NCBI GenBank assembly: GCA_036009645.1
Contig: DASYLH010000016.1
Location: 2,165-66,164 of the forward strand
Origin: Conexibacter sp.
GTDB taxonomy: Bacteria; Actinomycetota; Thermoleophilia; Solirubrobacterales; Solirubrobacteraceae
Direction: 5' to 3'
Length of the DNA stretch: 64,000 nucleotides
Part shown: in pieces, positions 27,432 to 35,949 of the stretch
How positions within the stretch are numbered: the first letter of the stretch is position 1
How the letters are laid out: each line of letters starts with the position of its first letter
Notes under the pieces: model-generated
What the model was told of the DNA's origin: nothing
The model's input: the letters and a program-made list of their open reading frames with translations, nothing else
The model's database searches: none
Translations under genes and position numbers: made by a program

Positions 27432-27995
27432 ATGGGTCGTGTCTTCTTCGCGATGGGCATGTCGCTTGACGGCTATATCGAGGACGCGAGCGGGAGCTTC
27501 GACTTCACCGCGCCGGACGATGAGGTCCATCGCATCGCGAACGAGCAGGCGCGCGACGCCGCCGTGTTCGTGTTCGGGCGCCGTATGTACGAGCTGATGG
27601 AGGGCTACTGGCCGGCCGCCGCGGCCGCTCCGGACGAGCTGTCGGAGACGGCGGCGGAGTTCGCTCGCGTGTACGTCGAGACGCCGCGCGTCGTCGTCTC
27701 CGACTCGCTCGGCGACGTCCCGGACGGGGTGCGGCTCGTGCGCCGCGCCGACGCGGCCGCCGAGGTGGCGCGTCTCGCGCGTGAGCACGAGGGCCACATC
27801 GAGGTCGGCGGGCCGACGCTCGCCGCCGCGCTGTTCGACCTGATCGACGAGTTCCGAACGTGGGTCAACCCGGTCGCGGTCGGCGGCGGCAAGCCGTACT
27901 TCCCCGCCGGCGGCGAGCAGCTGCGCCTGCGCCTGCTGGAGCAGCGCGCCTTCGCCTCGGGTGCGCTGTACCTGCGCTACGAGCGCGTCCGCTAG
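27432..27995 (+). CDS. Dihydrofolate reductase/RibD C-terminal family protein
   Basis: MGMSLDGYIE..VFGRRMYELM..GGPTLAAAL..IDEFRTWVNPVAVGGGKP. Confidence 0.9.
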   Translation: MGRVFFAMGMSLDGYIEDASGSFDFTAPDDEVHRIANEQARDAAVFVFGRRMYELMEGYWPAAAAAPDELSETAAEFARVYVETPRVVVSDSLGDVPDGVRLVRRADAAAEVARLAREHEGHIEVGGPTLAAALFDLIDEFRTWVNPVAVGGGKPYFPAGGEQLRLRLLEQRAFASGALYLRYERVR

Positions 27996-28373
27996 ACGGC
28001 CGCCGGCTCGCGCCCGCCCGCCGTGCCAGCAGCACGCGCGCGCCGTCGCCGGGGGCGATCGTGATCAGGCGGCGGCGCGTCGCGCCGACGGCGATCGCGA
28101 GCGCCTCCAGCAGCTCTCGAAAAGGGAATGCCTGCTCAGCCGCGAGGTCCACAGTCTGGAACGCCAGCGGCCGTTCCTCTACAGCCGTCGTGTTGTGTCG
28201 CGACGGCGGTCAGGTGGCATCGCCGTGCACGCAAGGCCGCATCACGCGCTTGGACGAGTAGGTCCTCGTCTCTGCGGGCGCGGTGTCCCTCGCCGCGCCC
28301 GTGTAGGTCGCGGTCATGCTGGCGCTCGCCGCACGCCCTTGACACCACGACGCGCCGCCGGTTGGCTAGACGC

Positions 28374-29147
28374 ATGCAGTTCGCCGCGCCAGCCGAGCAT
28401 TACGACCGCTTCATGGGGCGCTATGCCCCGACGCTCGCGGCAGCGCTGGCCGACGCCGCCGACATCGGACCCGGCGCGCGGGTGCTCGACGTGGGTTGCG
28501 GGCTGGGTGGGCTCACGCGCGAGCTGGCGGCGCGCGTCGGCGCCGCGAATGTGGCTGCGATCGACCCGGCGCCGCAGTTCGTGGGTGCCTGTCGCGAGCG
28601 CAACCCGGGCTCCGACGTCCGCGAGGGTGGCGCCGAGGCGCTGCCCTGGGCCGACGGAGAGTTCGACGCCGCGCTCTCGTCGCTGGTGATCGCCTTCATG
28701 CGCGATCCCGACGCGGGCGTGGGGGAGATGGCCCGCGTGACGCGCAGCGGCGGCACCGTCGCGGCCTGCATGTGGGACATCGCGACCGGTGGCATGACGA
28801 TGCTGCGGATCTTCTGGACCGCGGTGCGGGCGGTCGACCCGCGCGCCGAGGGCGAGCGGAGACTGGCGGGGACCACGGAGGGTGACATCGCGGAGCGGTT
28901 CGAGCGCGCCGGTCTCGAGCAGATCGTCGGTGGTGCGCTCACGGCGCGTGCTGAGTACGCCGGCTTCGACGACTTCTGGGAGCCGTTCACCTTCGCGGTC
29001 GGACCGGCCGGTCAGCACCTGAGATCGCTGAGCGACGAGCAGCAGGCAGCCGTGCGCGAGGCCTGCCGGGCGGCCCTGCCCGACGGATCGTTCTCGCTCG
29101 ACGCCCGCGCTTGGTACGCGCGCGCCACGGTTGCCGGGCGGGGCTGA
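28374..29147 (+). CDS. Class I SAM-dependent methyltransferase
   Basis: YDRFMGRY..VLDVGCGLGG..AEALPWADGEFD. Confidence 0.92.
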   Translation: MQFAAPAEHYDRFMGRYAPTLAAALADAADIGPGARVLDVGCGLGGLTRELAARVGAANVAAIDPAPQFVGACRERNPGSDVREGGAEALPWADGEFDAALSSLVIAFMRDPDAGVGEMARVTRSGGTVAACMWDIATGGMTMLRIFWTAVRAVDPRAEGERRLAGTTEGDIAERFERAGLEQIVGGALTARAEYAGFDDFWEPFTFAVGPAGQHLRSLSDEQQAAVREACRAALPDGSFSLDARAWYARATVAGRG

Positions 29148-29214
29148 CGGCACGCTGTCCGTGCAGGCCGCGGCGCCGCCTGCGGTGTCCACGATCCGCT
29201 CAGTCCCCCGGTCG

Positions 29215-30321
29215 TCAGCTGCCAGCGTGCGGTGGCGTGGCGGGTAGTTGCACCGTGACGCAGAGCCCGCCGGCGGCGCGGGGGGTGAGGGTGAGGGTTC
29301 CGTCGTGTGCTTGGGTGATGCTTTTGACGATTGCCAGGCCGAGGCCGACGCCTGCGTGGTCGGTGCGTATGCGTTTGGAGCCGCGCTGAAACGGCTCGAC
29401 AAGCGTGGAAGCCAACTGTGGGGTGAGCGTCGCGCCGGTGTTCTCGACGGTGAGCACCACACCCTTGGGGTGAACGCTGGTCGTGACCCACACGGTGCCC
29501 TGTTCAGGCAGGTTGTGGACGATCGCGTTGTGCAAGAGGTTCGTTGTCATCTGCAGCAGGAGGGCGGGTGAGCCGATGGTGGGGGTCAGTTCGCCGGAGG
29601 TCTCGATGGTGGCGCCGCGTTCCTCTGCGAGGGGGAGGAGCGTTTCCGTGGCTTCTTCGGCTATGAGTGACAGGTCGGCGTGTTCTCGGACGAAGGACCG
29701 CTGGTCGGCGCGGCTGAGCAGGAGCAACGCTTCGGTGAGGTCGATCGCTCGGGTGTTGACGAAGTGGAGGCGCTCGACAAGTTCGTCGTTGCCGCGGCTT
29801 TGATCGTTGCGGGCCACGTCGAGGAGCGTCTGCGTGATCGCCAGCGGGGTGCGCAGCTCATGGGAGGCATTGGCTGCGAATCGCTGCTGTTCGGCGACGC
29901 GTGCCTCGAGTCGCGCAAGCATGGTGTCGAAGGCGTCGGCGAGCTCGCGGAACTCGTCGTTGCGGCCTTCCAACGCGATCCGGTGGGAGAGCGATCCGGT
30001 CGCGGCGACGCGTGTGGCGTCGGAGATCCGTTCCAAGGGAGCGAGCATCCGTCCGGCCAGAAGCCACCCCCCGACGAGACCGAACACCAGGAGGAAGGCC
30101 AGCACCACGACTGCCGCCGTGCCGAAGACGCCTGGGCCAAAGTTGGTGGGGTTGAAGACGCGCGGGAAGTTGGAGAACCTGGGAACGAGGCTGCTGGCGG
30201 GATAGTCTCGCAAGAGGAACACCCAGACGGCCGCGAGCATCAGGGCGCCAGCGATCATGAGGAAGCCGGCGTAGCTGAGGGTGAGCTTGAGGCGGACGCT
30301 CAAGCCCGGGGCCCTATCCAC
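29215..30321 (-). CDS. vanS: VanS sensor histidine kinase (actinobacterial type)
   Basis: GTG start; LSVRLKLTLSYAGF, HAMP, FAANASHELRTPLAI, NLLHNAIVHN, GVGLGLAI; adjacent to vanR. Confidence 0.9.
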   Translation of the reverse strand: MDRAPGLSVRLKLTLSYAGFLMIAGALMLAAVWVFLLRDYPASSLVPRFSNFPRVFNPTNFGPGVFGTAAVVVLAFLLVFGLVGGWLLAGRMLAPLERISDATRVAATGSLSHRIALEGRNDEFRELADAFDTMLARLEARVAEQQRFAANASHELRTPLAITQTLLDVARNDQSRGNDELVERLHFVNTRAIDLTEALLLLSRADQRSFVREHADLSLIAEEATETLLPLAEERGATIETSGELTPTIGSPALLLQMTTNLLHNAIVHNLPEQGTVWVTTSVHPKGVVLTVENTGATLTPQLASTLVEPFQRGSKRIRTDHAGVGLGLAIVKSITQAHDGTLTLTPRAAGGLCVTVQLPATPPHAGS

Positions 30322-31000
30322 CGTCCCCTCCGGTGCCGGATGCTGTGTCGATGCGGTACCCGGCGCCGGCCACGGTGGCGATGATCCATGGTTCACCGAG
30401 GCGTCTGCGCAGTGCCGAGACGGTGATGCGCACGGCGTTGGTGAACGGGTTTGCGTTCTCGTCCCACGCCCGATTCAGTAACTCTTCGGCGCTGACGACA
30501 CCCCCTTCGGCAGCGACGAGAACTTCGAGCACTGCGAACTGCTTCCGCGTCAGCGCGACGTAGCGGCCGTCGCGGTAGACCTCTCGGCGGAACGGATCCA
30601 GCCGCAGGCCTGCGATCTCTTGCACAGGCGGCCGGTTGTGGGCGCGCCGGCGGTCGAGCGCCCTGAGACGGAGCACCAGCTCCTGGAGTTCGAAGGGCTT
30701 CGTGAGGTAGTCGTCGGCGCCGAGCCCGAACCCGGAGGCCTTGTCGTCGAGCCGGTCGGCGGCGGTCAGCATGAGGATCGGCATGCCGCTGCCGGAGGCG
30801 ACGATGTGTTTGGCGATCTCGTCACCGGAGGGTCCGGGGATGTCTCGGTCGAGGACGGCGATGTCGTAGGCGTTGACGCTCAGCAGCTCCAGAGCGGTGT
30901 CGCCGTCACCGGCGATGTCTGCCGCGATCGCTTCCAGGCGTAGGCCATCGCGGATGGCTTCGGCCATGTAGGGCTCATCCTCGACGATCAAGACGCGCAT
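30314..31000 (-). CDS. vanR: VanR response regulator
   Basis: MRVLIVEDEPYMAEAIRDGLRLEAIAADIAGDG..LDRDIPGPSGDEIA..WDENANPFTNAVRITVSALRRRLG; TAGCAT -10 six nt before ATG suggests a leaderless mRNA. Confidence 0.92.
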   Translation of the reverse strand: MRVLIVEDEPYMAEAIRDGLRLEAIAADIAGDGDTALELLSVNAYDIAVLDRDIPGPSGDEIAKHIVASGSGMPILMLTAADRLDDKASGFGLGADDYLTKPFELQELVLRLRALDRRRAHNRPPVQEIAGLRLDPFRREVYRDGRYVALTRKQFAVLEVLVAAEGGVVSAEELLNRAWDENANPFTNAVRITVSALRRRLGEPWIIATVAGAGYRIDTASGTGGDGG

Positions 31001-31022
31001 GCTCCGATGCTACGAGCTGGCG

Positions 31023-31061
31023 CATATCGTCGGCGTATCGAAAACCACATACGTGCTGGCA
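31023..31061 (+). promoter_or_regulatory. van promoter element (putative VanR box), copy 1
   Basis: CATATCGTCGGCGTATCGAAAACCATACGTGCTGGCAAC; near-identical copy upstream of vanH. Confidence 0.75.
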
Positions 31062-31163
31062 ACGCCACGCTGCCTTGACTGGCGGCGTGACCTGCAGCGA
31101 ACCGGCACGAACGGCACCCCGCCGTACCCGATCGACCATCGTCGTCGGCTTCGCCGGTGCGGC

Positions 31164-32228
31164 ATGAGCAAGACGCCGCAGGCTCGCCGCGGGACCGCAA
31201 CCCTGTACGGCCGTCGCCGTCGCCGCGTGCTGCTCGGCGCGGTACTGGCCCTCGCCCTCGCTGCCACGGCGTTCGCGGCTCCCCACCACCTGCTCAACGG
31301 CGAGGAGCGCAGCTACCTGTCGACGGACGGCTGGCCGCTTCACGGACAAGGGGCGTACGTGCTCGACGACGGCCGGCCGGCGGGGAGCCCGCACCAGCAG
31401 CCGGTCCCGATCGCCAGCGTGGCAAAGGTGATGACCGCGTACATCGTGCTCAAGCACCACCCGCTGCGGGCGGACGACAGCGGCCCGCGATTCGTGGTCG
31501 GTCAGGACGATGTCGTGGACACCGAGGCGAGGCGCCGCGACGGCCAGTCGGTTGTCGATGTCCGCGCCGGCGAGCAGCTCACCGAGCGGGACGCCCTCAT
31601 GGCGATCCTGTTGCCGTCCGCGAACAACGTCGCGGTGCTCGTCGCCCGTCAGGTCTCCGGCAGCATCGCTTCCTTCGTGGCGGAGATGAACGACACGGCG
31701 CGCGCGTTGGGAATGTCCCACACGACCTACACCGATCCAAGCGGATACGACGTCGGCACGGTCTCGACAGCCCTCGATCAGCTCCGTCTGGCGCGGGTGG
31801 TGGCCAACGACGAGACGCTGGCGGCCATGATGGCCACCCGCACCTACTGGCTGCCGGTGGCCGGTGAGGTGACCAACACCAACGCCCTGCTCGGCCATGA
31901 CGGGTTCGTCGGCATGAAGACCGGCTCACACGAGGCGGCCGGCGGCTGCTTGATGTTCCGGGTCGTGTGGCCCACCGAGAGCGGCAGCCGATCCCTGATC
32001 GGCGTGGTGCTCGGGCAGCGAGGAGACAACCTGATCACCGCGGGACTGGGTGCGGCCGAGCAGCTGGTCGACCGCCTGGCGCCGGACGCGGCACCCACTG
32101 GAGCATCCAGCATGCCCGCTGCAGCCGGCCGCCTCAGCGTGGCCCAGCCGGGGCTCGCGACACCACCCGGAACATATCGTCCGCATATCGAAAACCACAT
32201 ACGCGCTGGCAACACCCCGCTCCCTTGA
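31164..32228 (+). CDS. D-alanyl-D-alanine carboxypeptidase (peptidase S11)
   Basis: SxxK (IASVAK), SxN (PSANN), KTG (GMKTG); N-terminal membrane anchor/signal. Confidence 0.88.
   Translation: MSKTPQARRGTATLYGRRRRRVLLGAVLALALAATAFAAPHHLLNGEERSYLSTDGWPLHGQGAYVLDDGRPAGSPHQQPVPIASVAKVMTAYIVLKHHPLRADDSGPRFVVGQDDVVDTEARRRDGQSVVDVRAGEQLTERDALMAILLPSANNVAVLVARQVSGSIASFVAEMNDTARALGMSHTTYTDPSGYDVGTVSTALDQLRLARVVANDETLAAMMATRTYWLPVAGEVTNTNALLGHDGFVGMKTGSHEAAGGCLMFRVVWPTESGSRSLIGVVLGQRGDNLITAGLGAAEQLVDRLAPDAAPTGASSMPAAAGRLSVAQPGLATPPGTYRPHIENHIRAGNTPLP
32173..32213 (+). promoter_or_regulatory. van promoter element (putative VanR box), copy 2
   Basis: CATATCGTCCGCATATCGAAAACCACATACGCGCTGGCAAC, ending ~24 bp upstream of the vanH start. 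Confidence 0.78.
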
Positions 32229-32236
32229 ATGGAGAC

Positions 32237-33262
32237 ATGGTCCGCAGCGAACCAGCACGAACCGCGGGCCGCCGCACCCGATCGCTGGCATCCGTCCCGA
32301 CGATGGGGATCACGATCTATGGGTGCGGACAGGACGAGGCCGCCGTGTTCCGAGAGATGGCGCAAGGCCTTGGCGTCGCGCCGACGATCACCGAGGCAGC
32401 GGTGTCTGAAGGCAACGTCGGACTGGCATTCGGGAACCGATGCATCAGCGTCGGTCACAAGACGCAAGTCACGAATGCCACGCTTCTTGCGCTCAGCGAA
32501 GCCGGCGTGACGTATATCTCCACACGAAGCGTCGGATGCAACCACGTCGACGTGGACTACGCGGAGAGCGTGGGCATCTCCGTAGAGACCGTCGCCTACT
32601 CGCCCGACAGCGTGGCGGACTACACGCTGATGCTGATGCTGATGGCGGTGCGGAATGCCAAATCCGTCATCAGGCGTGCAGACGTTCATGACTACCGATT
32701 GAGCAATGTACGCGGGAAAGAGCTGCGCGACCTGACCGTCGGGGTGATCGGAACGGGACGCATCGGCAGCGCGGTCATGGACCGGCTGCGAGGGTTTGGC
32801 TGCCGAACGCTCGCCTATGACACTCGGCCCAGGACCTCGGCCGACTACGTCACTCTCGGTGCATTGCTCGAGCGGAGCGACATCGTGACGCTCCATGCGC
32901 CACTCACCGCGGATACGCACCATCTCCTCGATCGCCGCCGTATCGAGCGGATGAAGCACAGCGCGGTGATCGTCAACACTGGACGCGGCGCGCTTCTCGA
33001 TACCGAGGCGCTTGTCTCAGCCTTGGAAAGCGGCAGATTGGGCGGCGCGGCGCTGGACGTCCTCGAAGGAGAGGATGGGATCTTCTACGCCGACTGCAGC
33101 GACAAGCCCATCGAAAGCCAACTGCTGCTGCGGTTGCACAAGCTGTCGAACGTGCTGATCAGTCCGCACAGCGCCTACTACACAGACCACGCCCTGATGG
33201 ACACCGTGCAGAACTCCCTTACCAACTGCCTGAAGTTTGCGAGCCGCGATCACCATGAATAA
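32237..33262 (+). CDS. vanH: VanH D-lactate dehydrogenase
   Basis: GGAG RBS; GITIYGCGQDEA, YISTRSVGCNH, YSPDSVADYTLMLMLMAVR, GTGRIG, ISPHSAYYT. Confidence 0.95.
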   Translation: MVRSEPARTAGRRTRSLASVPTMGITIYGCGQDEAAVFREMAQGLGVAPTITEAAVSEGNVGLAFGNRCISVGHKTQVTNATLLALSEAGVTYISTRSVGCNHVDVDYAESVGISVETVAYSPDSVADYTLMLMLMAVRNAKSVIRRADVHDYRLSNVRGKELRDLTVGVIGTGRIGSAVMDRLRGFGCRTLAYDTRPRTSADYVTLGALLERSDIVTLHAPLTADTHHLLDRRRIERMKHSAVIVNTGRGALLDTEALVSALESGRLGGAALDVLEGEDGIFYADCSDKPIESQLLLRLHKLSNVLISPHSAYYTDHALMDTVQNSLTNCLKFASRDHHE

Positions 33263-34295
33263 GTTGAAGGTTGGGATCGTCTTCGGTGGCTGCTCCGAAG
33301 AGCATCCGATCTCCGTCAAGTCGGCGCAAGAGGTCGCAAGACACCTCGATATCGCCAAGTACGAACCGTTCTACGTCGGGATCACGACGAGCGGTGCGTG
33401 GAAGCTTTGTGACGGCCCTGACGCAAATTGGGAAGACGGAAGTTGCCGTCCGGCCGTCCTGTCACCGGACAGAAGCGTCCACGGACTGCTCGTCCTGGAA
33501 GAGGGAAGATACGAGACGATCAGCCTCGACGTAGTGTTGCCCATCCTGCACGGCAAGCTCGGCGAAGACGGCGCGATGCAGGGTTTGTTGGAGCTCTCCG
33601 GCATTCCCTATGCAGGCTGCGACATCCAAAGCTCCGCCCTGTGCATGGACAAGTCCCTGACGTACATGGTCGCCACAGCCGCGGGAATCGCTACGCCGAG
33701 TTTCTGGACCGTCGCGGCGAACGAGAGCATCGATCCCGACCAGCTCACCTATCCCGTCTTCGTGAAGCCGGCCCGCTCGGGGTCGTCCTTCGGCGTCACC
33801 AAGGTTTCCCACAGAGAAGCGCTCCAGAGCGCGGTGCAGACCGCACGGCAATACGACTCGAAGGTCGTGATCGAGGAAGCTGTCACCGGCAGCGAGGTCG
33901 GATGTGCCCTCCTGGGGAACGACCTGGACCTGTCTGCCGGCGAGGTCGATCAGATCGCCTTGTCTGATGGCTTTTTCAGGATCCATCAGGAACGCGAGCC
34001 CGAACAGGGCTCCGACAACGCGACGGTGATCGTCCCCGCGAACATCTCGGCGGACTCACGGTCGCTGGTGCAGGAGACCGCCAAGGCCATCTATCGCGCC
34101 TTGGGATGCAGCGGGCTCTCGCGGGTGGACATGTTCCTCACCGAGGATGGACAGGTCGTGCTCAACGAGGTCAACACGTTGCCCGGGATGACGTCATACA
34201 GCCGCTACCCGAGGATGATGGCCGCGGCAGGACTGCCCTTTGCGGACGTGATCGACCGGATCGTGGCGTTGACGCTGACGGGGACGCGCCGATGA
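33255..34295 (+). CDS. vanA: D-alanine--D-lactate ligase (VanA type)
   Basis: GGCSEEHPISVKSA, KPARSGSSFGV, GFFRIHQE (His typical of D-Ala-D-Lac ligases), NEVNTLPGMTSYSRYPRM. Confidence 0.95.
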   Translation: MNKLKVGIVFGGCSEEHPISVKSAQEVARHLDIAKYEPFYVGITTSGAWKLCDGPDANWEDGSCRPAVLSPDRSVHGLLVLEEGRYETISLDVVLPILHGKLGEDGAMQGLLELSGIPYAGCDIQSSALCMDKSLTYMVATAAGIATPSFWTVAANESIDPDQLTYPVFVKPARSGSSFGVTKVSHREALQSAVQTARQYDSKVVIEEAVTGSEVGCALLGNDLDLSAGEVDQIALSDGFFRIHQEREPEQGSDNATVIVPANISADSRSLVQETAKAIYRALGCSGLSRVDMFLTEDGQVVLNEVNTLPGMTSYSRYPRMMAAAGLPFADVIDRIVALTLTGTRR

Positions 34296-34616
34296 AGGAC
34301 GACTTCGCCTTCGTCGACGAGCGCGTTCCCGGGTCACAGCCGGGGCAGCACCGTCGACCTGACGCTCTATCGATTGGCCACCGGTGAGCTTGCTTCGATG
34401 GGCGGTGATTACGACCTGATGGATCCGATCTCCCACCGTGGGGCGAAGGACATCACGCAGGTCGAAGCGAGAAACCGCGAGGACCTTTGCTCGGTCATGG
34501 AGGCTTGCGGCTTCAGCTCGTACGAGTGCGAGTGGTGGCACTACACGCTGAAGGCCGAGCCCTATCCCGACACCTACTTCGATTTCCCCATCACGCATGC
34601 GCTTCTCGACATCTGA
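34292..34616 (+). pseudogene. vanX: vanX D,D-dipeptidase with ~100-codon internal deletion and frameshift
   Basis: 5' MKDDFAFVDERVPG joins directly, in another frame, to GHSRGSTVDLTL..EWWHYTL..YFDFPI at ~34332. Confidence 0.88.
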
Positions 34617-35949
34617 GCTGACGACCCATCTGGGCGGTGAGCTGGTTGGGCCCGATGTCAGCATCGAAGGGGCGAGCATCGACTCGCGGACGATCCGGCC
34701 GGGGCAGCTCTACGCCCCCATCGTGGCCGAGCGCGACGGCCACGCCTTCATCCCGGCAGCGCTCGAGGCGGGCGCGCCGGCCTACCTGACCGCGCAGGAG
34801 CCGGTGGGCGGGACGGCCATCCGTGTTCGCGACACCGCCGCCGCACTGTTGAACCTCGGGGGATTCGCCCGCAGTCGGGTCGGCGGCGCGATCGGCATCA
34901 CAGGGTCGGTGGGCAAGACCACCACCAAGGACCTCCTGGCCGGCTGTCTGGCGTCGACGTTCCGCACCGCCGCGAGCGAGCGTTCCTTCAACAACGAGCT
35001 GGGCCTCCCTCTGACGCTGCTCAACGCGTCGGACGCTGCGCGGTGGGTGGTCCTCGAGATGGGAGTCCGGCGTGTGGGGGACATCGAGCGGCTGGCCGAG
35101 GTCGCACGTCCCGACGTAGGCATCGTGACCAGCGTCGATATGGCGCACGTGGAGTACCTCGGTGACCTCAACGGCGTGGCCCGCGCCAAAGGGGAGCTCG
35201 TGGCGGCCTTGCCGGCATCGGGTCTCGCGGTGTTGAACTTCGACGACCCCCGGGTCCGAGAGATGGCGTCGCTCAGCGCGTGTCCCGTGCTGGGGTATGC
35301 GGTGGGCGCCGACGCCGAAGTGCGGGCGGACGACGTCACGCTCGACCGGGACCTGCGCGCACGGTTCCGCCTGTCGTCGCCGTGGGGGCAGACCGAGGTC
35401 CGGCTGGCGTTGCACGGCGTGCAGCACGTCGCCAACGCGCTCGCCGCCGCGACGGTCGCGCTGTGGTGTGGGGTCCCCATCGAGACCGTCGCCGCGGCAC
35501 TAACGGTGAGCCAGGGCTCGCCCTGGCGCATGGAGGTTCATCACGTGCCCGGCGGCCCCGTCCTGGTGGTCGACTGTTTCAACGCGATCCCCGCGTCGGC
35601 CGAGGCGGCCGTGCGCTCGCTGGCCGCGTTGCCGGGCAAACGCAAGCTGGCAGTCCTCGGGCTGATGGCCGAGCTGGGGGACCAGAGCGAGTCCGAGCAT
35701 CGCCGGATCGCCCTCGTGGCGGAGGAACTCGGGATCGAGGTGGTGGGATACAAGACCGGGCTCTATGGCAAGGCGCACGTGACGGGCGTCGACGAGGCTG
35801 TCGCCTTGTTGCGCACGATGGGCTCGGGTGACGCAGCGCTTGTCAAGGGCAGCCGCGTGGCGCGACTCGAAGACGTGGTGCACGCCTATGGGAAGGCCGA
35901 GGGCGCGCCGTCGCTCAGCTCCGGCGCCGGGGCGGCGGCGGGTGCGTAA
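34597..35949 (+). CDS. murF: MurF (UDP-MurNAc-tripeptide--dipeptide ligase) within the van operon
   Basis: GITGSVGKTTTKD, SFNNELGLPLTL, VLEMG, LGLMAELG, LVKGSR. Confidence 0.9.
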   Translation: MRFSTSELTTHLGGELVGPDVSIEGASIDSRTIRPGQLYAPIVAERDGHAFIPAALEAGAPAYLTAQEPVGGTAIRVRDTAAALLNLGGFARSRVGGAIGITGSVGKTTTKDLLAGCLASTFRTAASERSFNNELGLPLTLLNASDAARWVVLEMGVRRVGDIERLAEVARPDVGIVTSVDMAHVEYLGDLNGVARAKGELVAALPASGLAVLNFDDPRVREMASLSACPVLGYAVGADAEVRADDVTLDRDLRARFRLSSPWGQTEVRLALHGVQHVANALAAATVALWCGVPIETVAAALTVSQGSPWRMEVHHVPGGPVLVVDCFNAIPASAEAAVRSLAALPGKRKLAVLGLMAELGDQSESEHRRIALVAEELGIEVVGYKTGLYGKAHVTGVDEAVALLRTMGSGDAALVKGSRVARLEDVVHAYGKAEGAPSLSSGAGAAAGA

